A DNA stretch of 64,000 nt from Patescibacteria group bacterium (lineage in GTDB: Bacteria > Patescibacteriota > Microgenomatia > UBA1400 > PJMF01): NCBI GenBank assembly GCA_039934415.1, contig JBDTME010000001.1, positions 442,461 through 506,460 of the forward strand, in the 5' to 3' direction. A model generated the notes under the pieces. It was given only the letters and a program-made list of their open reading frames with translations, was not told where the DNA came from and ran no database searches. Made by a program: the position numbers and the translations under genes. Positions 58,371 to 64,000 of the stretch are shown here, piece after piece; the first letter of the stretch is position 1, and each line of letters opens with the position of its first letter.

Positions 58371-59627
58371 TTAAAACAATGTATCCATTTCATCTTCAAT
58401 TGCGGAAGGAAGTTCTAAACTTTTGACAGTGGGCAGAGCAGAACCAATAATTCCTTGCAAATCGCCGTACATACCTGAAGTATTACGAATGACTCGTTCA
58501 ATTTCTTGTTCGCGTTTTTTCCAAATACGATCAAAAGCGCGTTTCTCTTTTTCCAAATCTTCTTTCATCGTCGCAAACGCTGTCACGATGGCTTCAACTC
58601 GATTACGAAAATCATGGCCAGAAAGATATGTGTAAAGGAGTTCCATTTTCTGGTCTTTTCCCTCCATTGAACGCTGCATTTGAAAGACTTGTAATAGTTG
58701 GGCTCGTAAAGCTTGAGTCAGTGGCAACACGTATTGAGGAGCCACTACCCAGACTCCATTTACTTGCCCAAAACTGGAAATGTCAGTTGGCAAAACAGTC
58801 GAGACCAAAATCGCGATACCGGCTTTACACTGCATTTGATCGTCTTTGAGTTTTTGAATCCAGCTCGGACTCCAGGCTTTGGTGTTTTTTGACTCCCATA
58901 GCAACGTTCCAATGGGTTGACCGTATCCGTTCGAAACATGATGAATTAAATCGGCACCTTTAATACCTTTTTCAACATCTTGAATTTGATCAGTCGGAAA
59001 AGAAGAACTGAGCAACTCTTTCAAATTATCTTCTTGAACTTCTCCTTGAATCTGCATCGAACCTTGCTCACTTTTTCTTTTCAACTCTTCGATTTGAGTC
59101 CGCATCATTTCCAGTTGCTTTTCTTTTTCCGCCATTTTTAAATGATGTTCATCATCAGCCATTTTTTTAGTTGACTCGGCAATACGCTTTCGCTCTTCAT
59201 CAAGTTTCCGTTGTACCTCAAGCTCTAATTTGGCTGATCGCTCTTCAAGTTGTTGACGCTCTTTACGGATTTCTAGTTCCGCGCCTTCCGCCTTTTGCAA
59301 AGCTGCTGCTTTTTTTTGATTATCTTCTTCAAGCAATTGAACTTTCTTTTGCATTGACTCTTGCGCCTGCTGCTTTGCAATTGACTGAGCCTGGGCCCAT
59401 AATTTCTTTTTTTCCTGTGTCAACTTTTCATCAAAATTCGCTTGATCTTGAGAAATTTTCAGTTGGAGTGACTTTAACTCTTCTTTTTGCTTGTCTAGTT
59501 TGGCTAACTCGGTCTGTAATTTTTCATTTGCCTGTTTTTCAACCTCTTCCCGAATTTGGGCAGCCATGGTTGAACTCATCGAGAATTGATGCTGGCAGTG
59601 GGGGCAAATGATAAGTTGGTCGGGCAT
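58371..59627 (-). CDS. DUF2130 domain coiled-coil protein
   Basis: N-terminal CPHCQHQF zinc finger-like motif followed by a long Lys/Glu/Gln-rich coiled coil, typical of DUF2130. Start moved to MPDQLIICPHC. Confidence 0.6.
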   Translation of the reverse strand: MPDQLIICPHCQHQFSMSSTMAAQIREEVEKQANEKLQTELAKLDKQKEELKSLQLKISQDQANFDEKLTQEKKKLWAQAQSIAKQQAQESMQKKVQLLEEDNQKKAAALQKAEGAELEIRKERQQLEERSAKLELEVQRKLDEERKRIAESTKKMADDEHHLKMAEKEKQLEMMRTQIEELKRKSEQGSMQIQGEVQEDNLKELLSSSFPTDQIQDVEKGIKGADLIHHVSNGYGQPIGTLLWESKNTKAWSPSWIQKLKDDQMQCKAGIAILVSTVLPTDISSFGQVNGVWVVAPQYVLPLTQALRAQLLQVFQMQRSMEGKDQKMELLYTYLSGHDFRNRVEAIVTAFATMKEDLEKEKRAFDRIWKKREQEIERVIRNTSGMYGDLQGIIGSALPTVKSLELPSAIEDEMDTLF

Positions 59628-59734
59628 AAAACTCCATTTCGTATTTTCTTCGTATTTCATTATTATCAAATTCAAAGCAGTTTGCAATAGACATTTATTT
59701 TGATCCAGAGTACAGTACCAGTAAAGGAGCTATC

Positions 59735-60100
59735 ATGGCGACAACTTCCGATAAGAAACCTACGACCAAAAAACCATTTCACAAATCTCCATTCAGTGAG
59801 TACTTTAACTTGCTCAGCGACATTGATAAAGGACAACGATACTCGGAAGAGTATGGTTCGATCATGATCTTGGGCTTGATGGAAGAAGTCGGAGAGATGG
59901 CTCGTGCTTACTTAGCAGAACATGGTCGAAAAAAGACAAATTTATCAGCTCAAGCAGATGAATCCTATCAAGAGGAACTTGGCGACTTGATCTTAACGAT
60001 CTTACGTTTTGCCCGCATCAAAAACATCAACTTACATGAGCGAATCATGTACAGTCTGGAAAAAGTTCAGGCTCGGAAGAGAAATCCCAAAGGCGCGTAA
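59735..60100 (+). CDS. MazG-like nucleotide pyrophosphohydrolase family protein
   Basis: LMEEVGEMARAY and EELGDLILTILRFA give the EExxE...ExxD arrangement of MazG/NTP-PPase. Confidence 0.55.
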   Translation: MATTSDKKPTTKKPFHKSPFSEYFNLLSDIDKGQRYSEEYGSIMILGLMEEVGEMARAYLAEHGRKKTNLSAQADESYQEELGDLILTILRFARIKNINLHERIMYSLEKVQARKRNPKGA

Positions 60101-60167
60101 TCTCCACAAAACTGTCTATCTTGACGCTTGTGTTTTGATCCAAATGTTTTTACACTGAGACAATCAT

Positions 60168-61814
60168 ATGCAAAATTCAGGTGTTTCACTTCAAGACCAA
60201 ATCGTTGCTGTAACAAAAAAAATCCCCCTACAGGTAGTGGTCTTTGGACAAACCTTGCTCATTGTTGTATTGATCCTCATCATTCCAGTCATATTTTTGT
60301 CGATTAAAAATAGTAAGTCGAATAACCTACAAGCTTCTATCCCCAATGGCACTGCTACTATTTCACTTTCACCTGCCTCGACACAACTCGTACCAAACAC
60401 TCATCAGAACGTAGACGTACTCATTAATACCAGCCAAGAACACGTAGATGGTATTCAAACAATTGTCCTTTTCACAGGGACAATTCCGAGCGATCTAAGT
60501 TTTTCGCCCAACATCATTCCGGGATTGACTGCGATTGTGAACACGACTGAGCCAACAAGTAACGGCAAGAAAATCTCAGTGGCATTTATCACCTCAAACC
60601 CTCAACAACCCTTTACGACAAACTCTGCGCTGACAAAAATTGGAACGTTTTCATTTACAGTACCTCCTACCGGAACAATGAACGTCGCGTTTAACCAACA
60701 ATCAACGAGTGTTATTCAAAGTGTGACTTCAAAAGATATTTTACGACCACCACTCGATAGTGCCTACACTTTTGCTTTTGCTCAAAATCAATCTGAACCT
60801 TCGCTCTCCTTTGACACCCTGACACCACCAAATCCTCAACAAGTTGGCAGTAACTTTCAAGTTAATGTCGTAGCTGATACCGCCGGACAAAAAGTAAGTG
60901 GTGTGGATGCACAACTGACTTTTGACCCCAACACAGTTGAGATTGTGAGCATTCAACAAGGAACAGGTGCCTCTTTTCCGTCCTATCAGGAGCTCACTTA
61001 CGATAATACAGCAGGAAAAATTTATATTTCTGCCAATATAGGAACTTCTGCGTCACCAACTCCAGTCATGGGGTCAAATATTCAAGTTGCGAAAATTATC
61101 GGAAAAACAAAAACTGCCACAAGCTCAACTTCACTTCAGTTTGTATTCGCACCCAACGATCGCAATGACAGTAACTTGGTACTTTTCCTCGATCAACAAG
61201 GTCAGGAACCCACTGACATTTTGGCTAAAGTTACTAATCAAGAACTGATTGCGGTAAATGCCCAACCTAGCCCTGGACCGACAGCAACTCCTTCACCAGA
61301 GCCTACGCTAGCACCAAGTGCTACTCCACTCCCAACTTCAACACCTATTTCACCGGTCAACACTACAATGCAGTTCTTACTGCAAGGAAAGAATAGACCA
61401 GAAATTGATAAAACAGCACAAATTGAGGTTGATGCAAAATCAGTAGACAATACTCAAACGGTCACGAGTACGCTCACAACAGATACGACAGGTCAGGCAC
61501 AAATCGAACTCGTTCCAAACAATTACGTAATATTAGTCAAAGCACCGGGTTACTTAGCGAAAAAAATTGGTTCAACAACTAGCCCAATTCAAGTCACGGG
61601 TGGTGCAACTCCACTTAATCTCACATCAACTCCGTTACTAGGTGGTGATTTTAATGGTGATGGCGAAGTGAATGAGATCGACTACACACTCAAATTCCTG
61701 ACTTCATTCAGAGATGCTAATCCAGTTGTTGATCTTGATAGTAGCGGCGTGGTCAATAACTTGGACTTTGCGATCATGCGAAGTAACTGGGCACTACACT
61801 CAGATACGTTATAA
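60168..61814 (+). CDS. secreted protein with cohesin-like domain, Pro/Thr-rich linker and C-terminal dockerin
   Basis: C-terminal duplicated Ca-binding repeats GDFNGDGEVNEIDYTL and DLDSSGVVNNLDFAIM (dockerin). Central region resembles cohesin beta-sandwich blocks. Linker PSPGPTATPSPEPTLAPSATPLPTSTP. Confidence 0.6.
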   Translation: MQNSGVSLQDQIVAVTKKIPLQVVVFGQTLLIVVLILIIPVIFLSIKNSKSNNLQASIPNGTATISLSPASTQLVPNTHQNVDVLINTSQEHVDGIQTIVLFTGTIPSDLSFSPNIIPGLTAIVNTTEPTSNGKKISVAFITSNPQQPFTTNSALTKIGTFSFTVPPTGTMNVAFNQQSTSVIQSVTSKDILRPPLDSAYTFAFAQNQSEPSLSFDTLTPPNPQQVGSNFQVNVVADTAGQKVSGVDAQLTFDPNTVEIVSIQQGTGASFPSYQELTYDNTAGKIYISANIGTSASPTPVMGSNIQVAKIIGKTKTATSSTSLQFVFAPNDRNDSNLVLFLDQQGQEPTDILAKVTNQELIAVNAQPSPGPTATPSPEPTLAPSATPLPTSTPISPVNTTMQFLLQGKNRPEIDKTAQIEVDAKSVDNTQTVTSTLTTDTTGQAQIELVPNNYVILVKAPGYLAKKIGSTTSPIQVTGGATPLNLTSTPLLGGDFNGDGEVNEIDYTLKFLTSFRDANPVVDLDSSGVVNNLDFAIMRSNWALHSDTL

Positions 61815-61842
61815 GCTTATCGTTTTCAATTTCTAAAATAGT

Positions 61843-62625
61843 ATGAGTCATTTTGTACATCGGCTCACAACATTTCCTTTATTGTTCCTGTTTTTTTGGG
61901 TGGTAGTATTGTGCACTCAATCGCAAGCTAGGGCGCAGTCGGTTGAGCCAGCAAGCCTCCTATTTGTGCCTGAAACCATTTCCACCGGCGTAGGTCAGCA
62001 GTTTACTACTCAAGTGTGGATAGACACGGCAGGAGCATCAGTGGGTGGCGTAGGAGCTAAGATTAACTTCAATGCAACTTCCTTATCGGTTGAAAAGATC
62101 GAGACGCTGCCTGTCTTTCCTGACTATCCAGCAACCACTTTTGATAATGAGACAGGAAGTATTAACATTTCCGGTATCGTTCGGAGTAAAGATGAGTTGT
62201 ATACCGGAAAAGGACAGTTCGCGACGATTACGTGGAAAACAAAGGGCGCTGGAGATAGCAGTATTGCCTTTAATTATGTCCCCAACTCGACAAATGACTC
62301 TAATATCGCAGTACTTTATGGAAATGGAGACATTTTACAAAAAACTAATTCGGTAGTGATCCAGGTAGCCGCTGCACCCGCAAGTAGTCGAGTAACCGAC
62401 TCGACAGCCGAGTCGACCGCTGAACCAGCAGTGACTTCAGAAGCGATGAACTCATCAGACAAAACGCCAGAGTTTTCAAAGACAGATCAAGCTCCTTCTC
62501 CGATTGTGATTTTAATCGGAGTTGCTACGCTGTTTAGTCTTGGTTTCCAAGCGTACCTCTACTTCAAAATGAAACGGATTGAAAAATATAAAGAAGCCAT
62601 TCCCCACATCCATACACCATCATAA
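61843..62625 (+). CDS. cohesin-like domain surface protein with C-terminal TM anchor
   Basis: Signal peptide, a cohesin-like domain (FTTQVWIDTAGASVGGVGAKINFNATSLSVEKIE...) and a C-terminal hydrophobic anchor PIVILIGVATLFSLGFQAYLYF. Confidence 0.5.
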   Translation: MSHFVHRLTTFPLLFLFFWVVVLCTQSQARAQSVEPASLLFVPETISTGVGQQFTTQVWIDTAGASVGGVGAKINFNATSLSVEKIETLPVFPDYPATTFDNETGSINISGIVRSKDELYTGKGQFATITWKTKGAGDSSIAFNYVPNSTNDSNIAVLYGNGDILQKTNSVVIQVAAAPASSRVTDSTAESTAEPAVTSEAMNSSDKTPEFSKTDQAPSPIVILIGVATLFSLGFQAYLYFKMKRIEKYKEAIPHIHTPS

Positions 62626-62628
62626 CTT

Positions 62629-63903
62629 TTAGTGTTGTTCTGCAGCTAAGATAATTTCATTGATTTGTTTTTGAGGAAGATGTACTTTTCGAGGGAATGT
62701 GAAGTATAACCAAAGTGACCACAGAAAAATTAGTGCTCCCCAAATTTTGAACACTGCCAACTCACCGAAGGCATCATTGAGCAAACCATTCAGAATCGGA
62801 CCAATAATATAGCTAAAACTAGCTGTTAAAGCGGTCATGCTAATCAAATCATTGGCAACTTTTTCACCACGAGCAATCAAGTCTTCGAATACCGCCACCA
62901 AAACTGGCTCCATGATCGCCAACCAAAACGAGGCCAAGAACATGCCCACTAGAATCATGACGACTGAAACTGAAAAACTCATCAAGAAAGCACACAATCC
63001 TCCAAGTGCACCAGTAACAAAAGCGAGTCTTTTTTTACCGAAACGGGCCGCCAGTGTGGGAATAAAAAATCCGACAAAAATACCTGGCACTCCATACATA
63101 CTAATAAATAGCCCACCCCACTCGTGTTGTAATTTTAAGTGTTCACTAAAAAGTGGTCCGACAGAAAATATGGCAGAGTCAAATAAATAGAATAAAACGA
63201 AATAAATGAGTAACGGCCATAACACTCTATCAAGTGATTTCCAAATCTGAACTGTTTCCTTGAATGTGCGGTGCATTGCTGGAGTTTGTGAGAGCGATTG
63301 AAAATCACCATTACTACTCTTTCTTTTTTCCAACAGTACATACAGAAAAAAGAGCGCGACGGCGAAACCGTTGAATACTATTGCGTAGTAGATCGGCAGA
63401 TTATGAGATTGGGCGTAGGCTACGCTGGCAATCAACGGAGCAATGGTGAGAGAAACATTTTTTAAAATGGCCACTAATCCCCATGCCCAAGCATGATGGA
63501 CTTTGCCCACTGCCTCATGAATAGCGTGATAGGTACAAAAAACCATCGCTTCATAACTGATCCCCCACCAGGCCATTGCCATAATGAGTGAAACAAGGGA
63601 ATGAGACAAGAAAAAACTTAAGGGAAGCAAAAAAACCAGGAGGAACAGGACACGTTGAAAGAAAAAAGCACGCTTTTGACTGAAGACTTGGGCAAACGCA
63701 AAGTCGGTCAACATGCCGACAAAAGATGATGTCGCTAAAATGAAGCCCATCTTTGTCGAAGAACCCACCACATTTTCGATCACAACTGGCGCGTAGTAAC
63801 TCATAATTGCATCTGCCATGAACAAAAAAAACATCATCATTGCAAACAGCAAAAAACGGTACGAAGGAGCAGATGAGAAAAAGGGCAGGGACTTTAGATT
63901 CAT
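62629..63903 (-). CDS. MFS transporter
   Basis: 424 aa and about 12 TM helices. Consistent with a major facilitator superfamily transporter; no diagnostic sequence motif was read. Confidence 0.7.
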   Translation of the reverse strand: MNLKSLPFFSSAPSYRFLLFAMMMFFLFMADAIMSYYAPVVIENVVGSSTKMGFILATSSFVGMLTDFAFAQVFSQKRAFFFQRVLFLLVFLLPLSFFLSHSLVSLIMAMAWWGISYEAMVFCTYHAIHEAVGKVHHAWAWGLVAILKNVSLTIAPLIASVAYAQSHNLPIYYAIVFNGFAVALFFLYVLLEKRKSSNGDFQSLSQTPAMHRTFKETVQIWKSLDRVLWPLLIYFVLFYLFDSAIFSVGPLFSEHLKLQHEWGGLFISMYGVPGIFVGFFIPTLAARFGKKRLAFVTGALGGLCAFLMSFSVSVVMILVGMFLASFWLAIMEPVLVAVFEDLIARGEKVANDLISMTALTASFSYIIGPILNGLLNDAFGELAVFKIWGALIFLWSLWLYFTFPRKVHLPQKQINEIILAAEQH

Positions 63904-64000
63904 GACAGTTTAGCTTGACACATCTCAAGAAAATCATCAAGTCGAGCGCAGTTTACTTCGTCTGTTTGCTATAATGGAGAAATGGAAGATCAATTGGTTG

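Noticed and set aside
63551-63940. 129-aa Cys-rich ORF on the minus strand
   Set aside because: Alternative frame inside the MFS transporter gene region. Composition atypical. The MFS frame is much longer and has a coherent TM pattern.
1-64000. CRISPR arrays, rRNA genes, IS transposases
   Set aside because: No regularly spaced direct repeats, no rRNA-like conserved stretches and no transposase DDE motifs were seen on reading. The only mobile signature is the serine recombinase element.

Overview
The window is AT-rich bacterial DNA that looks like a small-genome, possibly CPR/Patescibacteria-like organism; that affiliation is inferred from gene content only. The basis is many GT-C/GT39-like membrane glycosyltransferases, a cohesin/dockerin pair, small DUF membrane proteins and compact overlapping operons. 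Housekeeping genes are clear: a 5'-truncated 6-phosphogluconolactonase at the window start, purA, purB, an Ogt-like domain, hflX, a beta-CASP MBL ribonuclease, the dnaG-rpoD (MMS operon) pair, an ABC-F ATPase and a CopA copper ATPase cluster. The main accessory feature is a tRNA-Asn(GTT) gene (9518-9592, + strand) whose 3' end is overlapped by a convergent large serine recombinase. Downstream of the recombinase lie a Prim-Pol/P-loop replication protein, several unannotatable ORFs, an HD-domain protein, an XRE regulator and a DUF4352 lipoprotein, which together look like an integrated element. A 9-bp copy of the tRNA 3' end (cggggagcc) recurs at 25378-25386. Just before it, a strictly co-directional, overlap-coupled 8-gene operon (18990-25356) ends in two large proteins with no recognisable domains (23295-24404 and 24406-25356). 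These two are my top candidate for an undescribed system. Other points of interest are a bacterial SET-domain protein downstream of a C39-like peptidase and an ATP-grasp ligase, an ArsR-YHS fusion regulator upstream of copA with a palindromic operator candidate, a trio of VOC genes, paralogous membrane proteins, two PQ-loop (SemiSWEET-like) genes and tandem 7-N-7 palindromes inside the element. No CRISPR array, rRNA or transposase was seen. The supplied ORF track uses alternative start codons, so several listed starts were moved to the internal ATG/RBS I could see.
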